64,000 bases of DNA, from assembly GCF_001194135.2 (NCBI RefSeq), contig NC_068982.1, forward strand, positions 49,880,301 to 49,944,300, given 5' to 3'. This document shows, one piece after another, positions 38,426 to 51,540 of the stretch (within the stretch, counting starts at the first letter, position 1; each line of letters starts with the position of its first letter). A program made the translations under genes and the position numbers. The notes under the pieces are model-generated. The model made no database searches. It had not been told where the DNA came from and saw only the letters and a list, made by a program, of their open reading frames with translations. Origin of the DNA: Octopus bimaculoides (Eukaryota).

Positions 38426-39427
38426 AATAATCAAAGCCTGTTTGGCTGGAGGGGAGAATAATCAAAGCATGTTTGGTTGATAACTGATGAAGAATTGGAG
38501 CCCTACTGTATCTATCTCCCATCTGATTGTACACTCAGTATACTTACACATTTTTTATCTGTCGTTTATTTACAATGCATTTTTTTTTTATATATATGAA
38601 GTAATAGAACACAATACACCTCAATTTTTATTAATGGTAAGTGTTATATATCTGCGACTCTATTCTTGCCTTCACTCTTTCTCCTTTTCTATCTCTTGCC
38701 TCTTACTTCTATTTCTAGTCTTCCCACTTTCCCTTTTTTTTCTCTCTCTCTCTCAACCTCTCGCATCTGTATCCTTTCTCCTTTTCCCCCCTTCACTCCT
38801 TCACTTATTTTCTCTCTGTCACTCTCTCTTCCTCTCCCTTGCACTCTTTCTCCTCTACCTGCTGCTGACACATAACCCATGGCCAGCTTTCCTTTCATTC
38901 TCTCCCTTTTACACAATGGTTACGTACTGACTGATCAGATAATTTCCCTGTGTCCTATTTGCTGTTTACTGTATCCTTTAGGATTTCTTCTAAATGTTAC
39001 CCACAATTCTTGTCTTTTTGGCCCTAAGGCTGTATTTTGTGCATTTCCCATTTATTTCATCTTTGTCCATCAGCTTAAGTTATATTTATTTTTACTTTTG
39101 TATGGCCATTCTGTGTTGTTTTGTTTGCTTGAGGCCCTACATTCTTCATGGCTTTTGCAGGCACCGCCAGCATGGGAAGTTCTCAGTTTTATCATTAATG
39201 GTGCAAAACTGAGTATTACCATTTGGTTGATAACTGATGAAGAATTAGGGACCCTCTGTATCTGTCTCCTATCCAGTTGCACATGCTGTATACATATACC
39301 TTTTTAATCTGTCGTTTAATTACAATGCATTTTTTCATTTTTAAGTGACAGTCCACAACACACCCCAACTATTATTAACAGTAAGTTTTATATATATATA
39401 AATACACACACACATACACATACACAC

Positions 39428-39482
<55 letters not shown>

Positions 39483-39685
39483 NNNNNNNNNNGTATATAT
39501 AAAAGCAAAGTAGTTGGTGTGTTTACATCCCCATAACTTAGCGGTTCAGCAAAAGAGACTGATAGAATAAGTACTAGGCTTACAAAGAATAAGTCCTGGG
39601 GTCAATTTGTTCTACTAAAGGCAGTGCTCCAGCACGGCCACAGTCAAATGACTGAATCAAATAAAAAGAATAAAAGAATATATAA

Positions 39686-39733
<48 letters not shown>

Positions 39734-39878
39734 CGAGTTCCTAGGTTTCATTAACTGAATCCACTCACAAGGTTTAGTCGGCCCAGAACTACCAAAGGTG
39801 CTGTGCAGTATGACTAAACTTGAAACTATGTGGTTAAGGAGCAAACTTCTTACCACATAACTATGCCTGCACTTTGTG

Positions 39879-39919
<41 letters not shown>

Positions 39920-40415
39920 TGTTTTTTATCCCTTATAAACTATGTGAACAACAGTCAAAAATATTTTCATTTCATGTTTAAAACTGCTAGAATAACGGAA
40001 AACATTAAAATTAAATATTTCTGATTCTGTGCTGGAATGAAACTCATGTTTCTTGTTGAAATAATTGATAACCTAAAACATTTCATTTGTCTTGACATGA
40101 AATTTTATGAGCCATGGCATATTTAGAAATATACAAAATTAAAAAAGAAAAAAAAAAGATTATTTTCATGTAGTTCACGACTGCTACAGAATATGATAAT
40201 AAAATGTAGACAGGTGAGGAATTATTTCTTTTAAATCAAAATACTTTCTGTTATTGTTTTTGTTATTGTTATTTTGCCAAGACCATCCTGTCATTTCAGA
40301 CATACTCTGTTTCAAACTACATTATCCATTATGTCCTTCTTTTCTTACAGACAGCAAGGTGTGGTTTTAGGGAGATTTGGTTGCTATTTTTAGCAGATTG
40401 AGCGACCATATAGAG

Positions 40416-40919
40416 CAGTGATTTTTAACCCTTTTTTTTTTTTTGTAGCACCCATTTGTAAGCAGTAGTTATGCCTAGCACCTACCTAAGTGGCAAGTGA
40501 GGTATCATGACTAAACTAACTTGACATCAATGTTGATTTATAAATTTTATTCTAAAAATGGACTGTATGAGCTTTTAACAGTTAAACGATAAAAAATTAT
40601 TAAAGACAAAAATTGTTAACTTAATTAATACATTGCAAGTTATATAACATCAAAAATTAATCAATGCAAGAAATATAACATTAAAAATTAATTATTCTTG
40701 TTCAAACATGTCTTTTGAAAGGATATATACTTATCTCTCACTTTATTTTAATACCTTTTAAATGTTTTATCATGTAAAATATAATTACTACAGTAGATAA
40801 AATTTAGTGTGTTAATTATGTTACTTCACTGGCCCCTGACTGCCCCTTGAGGACAAGCACTTCCTTTAACATGCCCAGTGCCTCTTTGGGGACAGTAGGA
40901 GCCACGTTGAGAACATCTG
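40416..40919. mobile_element. Non-autonomous hAT-type element with 8-bp TSD
   Basis: Ends cagtgatttttaacc and gttgagaacatctg, flanked by atatagag (40408-40415) and atgtagag (40920-40927). Confidence 0.75.
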
Positions 40920-41602
40920 ATGTAGAGGTTCTCTAATTAGTGTGTGGTATGTCTACATAGGGATAGGTTAGGCTGTTGGGACTGCAGTCTTAAGCACATG
41001 AGTTCAATTCTCTTACCAGGCAGCACACTGAGTTCTTGAGCAAGGCATGTCATTTCACATTATTCTACAGAAAATGAAGTACATCTGCTACAGAGTGGCA
41101 CCTCACAGACTACTAACCCAAAACCATGCAAATGCCAGATGCCACTAGTCCACCATGGCTATGGCATACCAGATGATAGTTGATGATGTATATGTAGGCA
41201 AATAATATACTTTCTATTATAGGCACAAGGCCTGAAATGTTTGCAGGAGAGGGAAAGTTGATTACATTTCCCCAGTGCACAACTGGTACTTATTTCATCA
41301 ATCCTGAAAAGATGAAAGGCTAAGTCAAACTTGGTGGAATTTGAGGCAGATAATATAGGTGGGATATAGGAACAGGTATGGTTGTGGTAAGAAGTTTGCT
41401 TCCCAAGCAGAAGGTTCTGAATTCAGTTTAGTCCCACTGTGTGGCACCTTGGGCATATACAAACACACATGTAAATCAATAGGGTTATAATTATACATAA
41501 TGAAATATCATGTAGGATATCATTTCTTTTACGTAGTTTTGCTTACTGAATATCACTTTTATTTTCGAGCATGTAAAACTATCTGGATATTAAAAAATCA
41601 AA

Positions 41603-41674
41603 GGCTACCAGTGGAAATTGAACTCACATCACTTGTAGACATAACAGGCATTCTACCATTGGACCAAAGCAACC
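41603..41674 (-). pseudogene. Decayed tRNA-like sequence (isotype not assignable)
   Basis: 72 nt GGTTGCTTTGGTCCAATGGTAGAATGCCTGTTATGTCTACAAGTGATGTGAGTTCAATTTCCACTGGTAGCC with an A box, a degenerate B box, imperfect cloverleaf stems and a T6 run just downstream. Confidence 0.5.
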
Positions 41675-43015
41675 CTCCAGATTTCACTATCCATTACGTG
41701 TGCTAAGAAAAGACTTAGTTCAAGTTCTCCCAAAACTCAATAAATTCTTATGATGTCAACATCACCATCATCATTTAATATCTGTTTTCCATGCTGACTC
41801 CATACTGGCATGGGCTGGATGGTTTGACAGGAGCTGTCCAGGCTCCATTTGTCTGTTTTGGTATGGTTTCTACAGCTGGGTACCCTTGCTAAAGCCAAGC
41901 ACTTTACAGAGCATGTTGGGTACTTTTTATAGGGAACTAGAAGCATACAATTCTCAATAGCAAGAGTAATGTATACAGACATTCAAAGAATTCCTTTGGT
42001 TCAACAGGAATTACAAGAGACATGGGTTCAAGTTCAATGGGTGACCTTTGCCTTTTTTCTATCTAAAACAAGTTTTTCAGTCCAATCTGCACGTGCTGTT
42101 ATTTATAGATTTATTTAAGTTTCAAGATCCACTGTTCCACAAAAAACAAAAAGGATGATTTCACATTCTCTCAAAAGCTTATAAATTCCTATTCATTATC
42201 AATGGTTTACTGCAAATCTTCAACAAAGTTGTATTTTGGATTGGTCAAAATTTGAAAAGTATAATCTATCAAAACCATGATCTTTTGCCATATCTCTGCA
42301 AATCTCAATTTTCTAAGATCTGATCTAACTATCTTGGCCTTTCTCACATGTCAGCCAATCTTTGCTATTCTTTGGAAATTGCATGCAGCATCTCTAACAA
42401 TAAAATCTTCATGTTTGTATCATTTACGTTTTCTTTATAGATAAGTCAACCTATCTCTAAACTTTACATGTCACACATTCAACTGCAAGATTCAATACTA
42501 ATTATATATAAACAGTAGTACATGAAACTAAACACTGATACATGAATATGAAGATAAACAACAGATGAATCAATATCTCTTGTTGCTCCAGAACAAGAAA
42601 TAAATGGATCATGCCACCAAAAGGTTTAACTGTAACAGACTATTTAACATCTATCTTTTAATCAAACTATTTCTTCTAGGAATGGCTGCATATTTTCTCA
42701 TAGTCATAAGGTTAAAAAGTTGTCTTTACAGCTACATCATTCCAGGTCTGATTCAATTGCTCAGTAACATAGGCAAATGTCAACTGCTATTGCCTCAGGT
42801 GAACCAAAGACTTCCAAATGAAATATTGTACATAGAAACTATACAGAAATCTGTCAGACAGTATATATACTATATATATACTTATATATATAAATATATA
42901 TATACATATATATATATACATAATACAAATAATATGTGAATATATGCATATATACGTGCATGTATATACATACCTACATCTACATGTATATATAGATGCA
43001 TATCTAAGTTTTAAC

Positions 43016-43064
<49 letters not shown>

Positions 43065-43074
43065 NNNNNNNNNN

Positions 43075-43440
43075 CTTGACTGCCACCCATGCTGGAGCAC
43101 CACTTTAAAGGGTTTTAGTTGAAGAAATCAACTTAGTACTTATTCTATCGGTCTCCTTTACTGAACTGATAAATTATGGGGACATAAATGCACCAACACC
43201 AGTTGGGAAGTGATGGTGGTGGGGACAAACACACACACACACACGCAAATACATACACACACATATATGTATATACAAAACTGACTTCCTTCCATTTCCA
43301 TCTACCAAATCCATTCACAAGGCTTTGGTTGGCCCAAGGCTATAGTAGAAGACATTTGCCCAAGGTGCCATGTAGTGGGACTGAACTTGCAACCATGTGG
43401 TTGGTAAACAAGCTTCTTACCATACAGCCATATGTATGCA
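43075..43440 (-). mobile_element. tRNA-derived SINE family B
   Basis: Reverse-complement homologue of 51541-51942 with an internal (CA)n tract. Confidence 0.75.
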
Positions 43441-44105
43441 TATATATATAGTGAATCGTCCACTCTGCTGGGTGGTTAGGAAGGGCATCCAACCATGCCA
43501 AAACAGACACAGAAGTCGGGTGGAATCTTCTGCCTGGTCAGCTCCAGTCAAACCGTCCAGCCTGTTTCAGCATGGAAAAGCGAGCATTAAACGATGACGA
43601 TGATGAATCAAAGAGAACGTTGGGGTCAGAAGATCAAGGAAGGTGCATCATCGCCACCACCACCACCACCATCATCATCATTTAATGTGCATGTTTTATA
43701 CTGGCATGGTGTACATGATTTGATAGGCACTAATGAGTACACCTATGTCTGTTTTGGCATGGTCTCTATAGTTGGATGCCCTTTCTAATGCTAACCAATT
43801 TCCAGTGTGTGCTAGGTGCAGTTTTTAGTGACACCAAAACTAATGAGGTCATCATGCATGAGGTCACCGTGCAGCCTACAAGTCTAAGATCCCCCTTCAA
43901 ATGAGTGGGGATACAGTACCCTTTTTGATTTAAAAAAAAAAAATTTTATGTGAAAATAAAAAAAAAAATTAATAGGAAAACGGTGACAACTATAGAAATT
44001 GAATAGGGCTGATGAGTGGCTAATGACACATATGAGTTAGAGGTGATGACTGACAGTGCAGAAAAATTGTGAAGAACAGTAGAATAATAATAATAATAAT
44101 AATTA

Positions 44106-44144
<39 letters not shown>

Positions 44145-44361
44145 GTCTAAAATTTTTCCAAAAGGGTAGCAGTTTTGGGGGGAGGGGATGAGTCATTTAC
44201 ATCAACCCCAGCGTTCAACCAGTACTTATTTTTATCAACCCTGAAAGGATGAAAGGTAAAGTTGAGCTCAGTAGAATTTGAACTCAGAACATAACGACAG
44301 GCAAAATACTGCTGAGCATTTCATCCAACATGCTAATGATTCTGCCGGCTCACCACCTCAG

Positions 44362-44392
<31 letters not shown>

Positions 44393-44971
44393 ACAGTGGG
44401 CAGGAGAAGAATGAAAGATATGAGACAGAGAGAGAGAGAGGAAGGAGACACCATGCAGATAGGTAAGTTGTAAGGGTGTGGTGTAATTACAGTGAAGCAG
44501 GGGAGAGATTATGAGATATATGGTGGTGGAGGGGAGATAATTTGGTGACTCAGGAGAGTGATCAATGTATAAGAATGGCAGAGAAGACAGTATTAGGAAC
44601 AAGGGCATGGATATCAGGTGACATGGTTCTGTGTGAGTAAGGGAAAAGATGGTGAAGTATACAGTTGTTCTGTTCACATTTAATAACAGCAGCAGATTAG
44701 TGCAGTTAGAGAGAAATAATGGATGGTGGGTATGTCTCAAGGAGGAAACTGAGTAAGGGGACTCATTTATATATATTCTTTAATTCTTTTATTCTTCTAT
44801 GCATTTCAGCCCAAAGGCCATGGCCATGCAGGAGCACCACCTTTTGCATGGCTATTTTTATGTGGTTGGCTTTTGATGAAGAAGGGACTTTGATATTGCT
44901 ACCCTTTTCTAAGTTTTTTGCTCTAAGACTTCGGTCATCTAAGACACTGGAAAACAGGAAGTAAAGCTGTG

Positions 44972-45002
<31 letters not shown>

Positions 45003-45012
45003 NNNNNNNNNN

Positions 45013-45046
<34 letters not shown>

Positions 45047-45207
45047 GCACACATTCACACATTCTGCTTCCAGAATCTCAGTTTCTCCAAGATGGACAAA
45101 GATAATAATGACTTATAATATAAGTGTGTGTCTGTGTGCATGTACAGTCTGTATGTCTTGGCATTTTGCTGCTTACGAAATTAATAAAACATGTACAAAG
45201 GTATCGA

Positions 45208-45512
45208 TAGAGGAAGAGGAAGAGGAGAAGCAGAAGGAGGATAAGTAAAAGGAGGAGAAGCAGAAGGAGGAGAAGCAGAAGGAGGAGAAGTAAAAGGAGG
45301 AGAAGCAGGAGGAGGGGAAACAGGCAGAGGAGAAGCAGGAGGAGGAGAAGCAGAAGAAGGAGGGGAAGCAGAAGAAGGAGGGGAAGCAGGAGGAGGAAAA
45401 GCAGGAGGAGGAGAAGCACGAGGAGGAGGGGAAGCAAGAGGAGGAGGAGAAGCAGGAGAAGCAGGAGAAAGAGGAGAAGCAGAAGCAGGAGGAGGAGGAT
45501 GAGGAGGAGGTG
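45208..45512. repeat. Purine-rich low-complexity repeat built from gagaagcaggagga-like units
   Basis: About 300 nt, almost all G/A on the plus strand. The overlapping poly-L, poly-S and poly-P ORFs are artefacts. Confidence 0.9.
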
Positions 45513-47193
45513 ACAATGATGAAGAACCTTATTATTAAAGTACCCAAAGGTGGCAAACTGGTACAATCACTAGCGTGCTCCACACAATGCTAAGTAGCAT
45601 TTCTTCTGGCCTCAGAGTTCAAGTTCAACCAAGACTGACCTAGCCATTCATCTTGGGTCAATAAAATAAGTACTAGTCAAGCATCAGGGTCGGCATAATC
45701 AGCTAGTGCCCTCTCACCAAATTTCAGGCCTCGTGTCTATAGTAGAAAGAATTATTAAAGTATTCCAACTAGCTACATCTGACTATTGTACTTTCCCCTT
45801 TACAAAACTAACGTTGTGCTTAGACAAATTAATGGACTATCTTTCAGTTGATTAACTCATTACATTGTGGCCATGATGTAGCAACTGCTTTGAAGGATTT
45901 TTAGTCAGGCATTGTTTCTAGGATAATTTTAAAGCCTGGTACTAATTTTGGTGGTCTTTCAGTACTAAAGCCTGGTACTAATTTTGGTGGTCTCAGACTG
46001 CTAAGTTAAGGGACATAGACAACATTATTTAACATCCATTGTTCATGCTAGCATGTACTGGACAGTTTAACCAGAGCTGGCAATCTAGGAAGCTGCACCA
46101 GGTTCTAGTCTGATTTGGCAAGGTTTTTTCAGCTGGATGCCCTTCCTAACACCAGTAACTTTACAAAGTTTGCAGGGTGTTTTTACATGACACCATGCAG
46201 GTGCTTTTATGTGGCACCGCACAGGTGTTTTTACATGGCACCTAACTGGCGCTTTTACGTGACACTGTACAGGCACTTTTACATGACACTTTTACAAGAC
46301 TTTAGCAGGTCAATCCTCTCCACCAATGGGACCAGACTTAACACTTCTGTTGTAGAGCACAGGCCTTCTCAAGTACAGCAATGCACCAGGCATCCTGGTC
46401 CTCTGTCATTTCAACAGAAAGGTTCAGCATCCTGAGGCCATGGTGCCACTGTTAAAACAGAAATACATACAGACACATAAAATCACACACATACACACTC
46501 TAGGCTTCCACAAAATTTCCATCTACCTATTTCCCTCAGAGGACACTTGTGGGCTCAAGGTTATATGTAACAGAAGGTACATGGTTGAGGTACCGAACAA
46601 CAGAACTGAACCCAAGACCACATTGTTGTGAAGCAAACTTCTTAACTACACAGCTGTGCCTGTACCCATGAGTCTATCATTGGTGCTTACTTTATTCACA
46701 CTTCTTCAAAAGATTAAAAATGCCAACTTTGGCTGGAATTGAACTCAAAATCATTAGGCAACAAAGTCCACACTGATAAGTATCAAGTTCTACCCTTAAG
46801 CATATACTCTATTTCTATTATAATTCTCTCTTACACAATCGTATATTATAACAGAGAAGCAGATCTCCATCTGTCTGTCCGTCACAAGATATATGTGAAG
46901 GAGCAGAAGAAGGGGAGGAATCAAAAGTGAGGATAACTCTTGTCACAACACATATTAAGAAGGAGAAGAGAAAAAGTTGCCGAGAGAGAAATACAGAGAG
47001 ACAGAGAGTTAGTGTGTGTGATAGAGATAGATAGATAGATAGATAGATTGTTGTTATCATAGTAACTAATGAGGCTTTCACTATATAACAGTCTATTGAG
47101 ACAAGGTATGTACATGATCAACAAATATTTTTACTGACAGCCAAGCAATAGATAAAGACCTATGGAAGTATTAAAAGTTGTTATTTTACTTAC

Positions 47194-47809
47194 CATTTGC
47201 TGAAGTATTGTCAAGAGGTAATTTTTGTGAATGTTTTGGAGAAGAATTTTGATCATTTTCAGAAAATAGCACATCCCAAGGGTCTTTTTGGTTGGAAATT
47301 TTCAATTTAGGTCGGGGAGAACAGGTTTTCCTTGACGGACATGGAGATTTACTTTTCGCAGAGCTAGGTTTTTTTGATGTGAGGAGTGAAAAACTGAGAT
47401 CTTTGCTGTCGTCAATAACTTCTCCATGAGAATTAGTTAAAGGAAGGTTATGTTTTCTGGAAACAGGATGACCAGCACTGAGTGGGGGTGATAAAGGAGA
47501 AAGTGAAATGGATCTCTTTCTACCACGTGACGGACATCGAGAATTAGGCGCTGAAGAGGCAGTGTCTCTTTTGCGTAAGGTTTTGGCTAAATCACTGTCA
47601 ATAGAGTTATGCCTCGTTAGATTATTATTGTTGCTTAGTGTTAATGGTTCCAGAGAAGGTGAAGAGGAACGATTATTAGAAGAGACACCTAATTCAATAG
47701 AGGTGCTAAAATCAAAGATATGATTGCCACAACCTTTGTCAACACTCCCACTATACAATAATTTGTCATTGATGAAAACTTTAATGAGATTCACACCAAT
47801 GTTGAGGTC
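47194..47809 (-). CDS. KATNIP: KATNIP exon (616 nt, phase 0-1): DLNIGVNLIKVFINDKLLYSGSVDKGCGNHIFDFSTSIEL followed by an S/P/K-rich linker
   Basis: Acceptor cttttgtcag and donor G|gtaagt. A 205-codon open frame that matches recalled human DLDIGAKNVKLYVNRNLIFNGKLDKG. Confidence 0.92.
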
Positions 47810-48984
47810 CTGACAAAAGAAGAAAAGTAATTACGTCTTAATAACTTTTTTCAGATGGAAAATACAAAATAAAAATTTAACTAAAATTAAATTTCCAGTT
47901 AACGAAAAAAAAAGTATTCAAGTATTTTTCTAGAATTCTTATTTAAATTATTTAGCACAAAATTATTCACAATATTTTAATTATAAAACCAACATTTATA
48001 AACCAGCATTTACAAATCCATTGTGCAACTATGGAATAAACTGAATGCCAAACAAGATTATTGAGATTTTCATTATGACAAAAATACTTAATACATAAAT
48101 GACAGTAAAATAAATAAATGTTTGCAGCACACATTTAGCTTATTAATAAAGTTGATTTAGCAAGCAGAATCGCAATTACAGGAAGAAATACATAAGATTA
48201 GAAAACAGTGAAGTGTCAATGGTTAACCAATTTCTGAAACTTGCCTTGAAGCTCTGTGGCTTAAATAGGTTTAGAGTGAACTGTAAATGGATGTTCATCT
48301 CACTGTTTAGGTAATCAAATATAGAGTACAGCATTGCTGAGGAAACATACATACATGTGTGTATGTATATGTCAAGATGTGTGTCCATTGCGAGATCAAC
48401 CCTTTAAAAACATAGTTACAATGCACTCTTCATATATACACAAGCATGCTTGTAGTAAATGTATATCCTTTTATTTGTTTCAGTCATTTGACTGGGGCCA
48501 TGCTGGAGCACCGCCTTTAGTCAAACAAATTGCCGCCAGGACTTATTCGTTCTAAGCCTAGTACTTATTCTATCGGTCTCTTTTGCCAAACTGGGATGTA
48601 AACACACCAAAATTGTCAAGCGATGTGGGGGGGACAAACACAGACACACAAACGTATACATATATATATAATCTTAATTCTTCATTTCAACATGTATATC
48701 AGATTTACTAAATGCTTTCCTTAAAATATATATTTTCTTTTCAGAAAATAAAATAAAATATTGAGAAACATCCATATAAAATAAGTACATTCCATATGTA
48801 ACAATACAATAAAATAAACTGCCTTCTCAAAGGATTTATATCTCAAAAATAAATCAGATAGCTACCACGCAATAAGTAACTTTGCCAACAACAATGCTTG
48901 CTTCATTCACGTATGAGTGAACTGACATTGAACCATTCTTGGCTTCATTAATGCATAAGCTATCACAAAGTGAGAAATACTTAC

Positions 48985-49113
48985 TTTCAAACTGTGATTG
49001 TAATTCCATAACTTGATTTTTGACAAATTCTTTTCAGCCAAAGGGTGTATTGTGATCATAACTGGGGCTGTATCACTTCTGTCACAACTCCACATATTTT
49101 TCAGTTTACTTGT
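48985..49113 (-). CDS. KATNIP: KATNIP exon (129 nt, phase 0-0): TSKLKNMWSCDRSDTAPVMITIHPLAEKNLSKIKLWNYNHSLK
   Basis: Acceptor tcattgcag and donor AAA|gtaagt. Carries the MW.C and KIKLWNYN motifs of DUF4457 and is in frame with both neighbouring exons. Confidence 0.92.
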
Positions 49114-49574
49114 CTGCAATGATATACATACAGATATTCACACACTTGATTCTATACACACACACACACACACATATATATATGAGTAATGGAGAAACAG
49201 ACAGACAGATAAAGATAAACAGGTGAACATGTACACATAGTGATAGATAGAGAAACAGAGAGGTAGATAAATGACGATAGACAGGTAAATATTTGTAAAG
49301 ATATATATATACATCATCAGTAAATTATAACTCCGAAAGAGAAGAACGCTCTAAATAATTGAGTAGTAGAGTATCAAGATAAAGATAGTCATGGCCAGAT
49401 CAAAAGTCGAGAGTCGCAGATGAACATACCTCACAGCAAGAGGTGCAAATGAGGGTAGTGACATGAAACTCCATTCCTCACCAAGCGCCACATATTAGAT
49501 GAGGCTCTCAGTAATAACAGCATAGCAAAACACCGGTGCACCAGCATGGCCACAGCTCTGAGCTGAAACTACAA

Positions 49575-49618
<44 letters not shown>

Positions 49619-49960
49619 TCAAAATAGTATCAGCTCGATGCAAGTCCTTAGTGAGTAGTTTTCATTTCAGCGATTTCCTTCTCCTAGGTGGATTGTATTC
49701 ACTACAACTGGTGAGCACCATCTGCCCTTGACTATAATGGATGACTGTTGACTCTCCTGAGTTCCTCCACCCTTTGATGTTTCTTGTTCTTTATCCTACA
49801 GGGTATCCAAAAATCACTCTCCTCCCTAAGCAAGCTCGGTGGAGGGTCATTGGTTTAGTTCCCAATGACCTGACATAGACATACATGTATGATGACGATG
49901 ATGATAGACTCTCCCACTGAAGAGACACATATACATATATAATTACACACACACACACAG

Positions 49961-50009
<49 letters not shown>

Positions 50010-50643
50010 TATTTAAAAGCTTTTGTGAAAATTACTTAATACAGTTACAATAATTTTAAAAAAAGATGTTTCAAAACTTATTACCTACTTTAAAAAATAA
50101 TTCTAAACAATTCCTTTTAAAGTTGTTTAAATCAAAACTTTTTGTAAATAGTTAATGACTTTTAAAAATTCTTATTCTAATTTCAAATATATATGTACAT
50201 ATATACACATACACACACATAAATATATCATTTAACGTCAGTCTTCATTGCATGGTTTCACACGCACACACACACACATATACCTATACCAATGCAATCA
50301 CACAACTACATATATACTAATACTTATTTCAAAGTAAAATATATATATTTATATTGTACACTGTTCAACTTTCCAGCCTCTGTAGTTTCAACAAAAACCA
50401 CAAGTTTATTGATCAAACAATCCTGACAATCAATTCTTGGCACTTTTTCACCAAGTTCTAAGAAAGGAGTCTATTCATGCAAGGTGAACATGTTCAAAAG
50501 AAAGATTTATTGTGGTAAACTTCAAAATAAATTGAAATATTTGCTGTTTTAAAAAAAAACTACATCTATTTTCTTATCATTCAGAAAAGTAAGTTGGAAT
50601 TTGATATTTCACAAAAGTTATGATAATATAGTAATTTCACTCT

Positions 50644-51360
50644 GTATGTGTTTGTCAGTGTGTGTGTGTATGTGCGTGTGTGTGTGTATGTGCGTGTGTG
50701 TGTGTATGCAAGTGTGTGAGTATGTGCAAGTATATGGTGTCCATGTGCAAGGCGTGAGTGTGTGTGTGTATGTGCAAGGGAGTGAGTGTGTATGAGTGCA
50801 AGTGTATGTATGTGTGTGTGCATGTGTGTGTGTGTGCATGTGTGTGTGTGCATGTGTGTGTGTGCATGTGTGTGTGTGTGTGTGTGTGTGTGGTTGTGCA
50901 AATGTGTGTGTGTGTGTGTGTGAGAGAAAGTGTTTGTGTGTGTAGCCACTGTGTGTGTGTGTGCGCATACATGCATGCACGCATGTGTACAAGTGTATGT
51001 GCCTGCATGCAAGTACGTGTGTTTGTGTATGAGTGCAAGTGTGTGTATGTGCGTGTGTGGTTGTGCAAATGTGTGTGTATGTGTGAGAGAAAGTGTTTGT
51101 TTGTGTATGTGTAAGTGTAAATGTCACTGTGTGTGTGTGTGTGTGTGCATGCATGCATGCATGTGTACAAATGTATGTGCCTGCATGCAAGTATATGTGT
51201 GTTTGTGTTTGAATGCAAGTGTGTGTATGTGTAAGTGCAAGTGTGAGCAAGTATCCGTATGTGTATGAGGGGGGATGAGTGTAGTTGTGCATGCATACAT
51301 GTGACTATGTATATGTGCATGCATACAAGTACATGTATATGTGCACATGTCAGTCTGTGT
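50644..51360. repeat. Degenerate (TG)n satellite with an internal higher-order duplication of about 170-185 bp
   Basis: Marker motifs tggttgtgcaaatg, gagagaaagtgtttg and gcctgcatgcaagta each occur twice in the same order. Confidence 0.85.
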
Positions 51361-51540
51361 GTACCTACATGAATAGAGATTTTTATTCACACAAGGCTTT
51401 TAGAGGACTCATCTTCTATGGAGAAATAAAAACCTTCCTAGAGTGATGAAGATTTTGTACAAAGCCAATTTCATAGTGATTTGTGTATAATACCAACTTG
51501 GCTGGTGTTTTCCTTCTGAATTTATCTAATTTATTGACCA

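Noticed and set aside
44841-44946. Possible exon VLDDRSLRAKNLEKGSNIKVPSSSKANHIKIAMQK
   Set aside because: The acceptor is good, but the donor GTGGTG is weak and derives from a SINE B 3' end. Its phase 2 start does not follow exon 47194. Kept only as a candidate.
45078-45583. Poly-Leu, poly-Ser and poly-Pro ORFs
   Set aside because: Translations of a purine-rich simple repeat.
50581-51390. His/Thr-rich and Cys/Val-rich ORFs up to 224 aa
   Set aside because: Translations of a (TG)n satellite, open in several frames at once.
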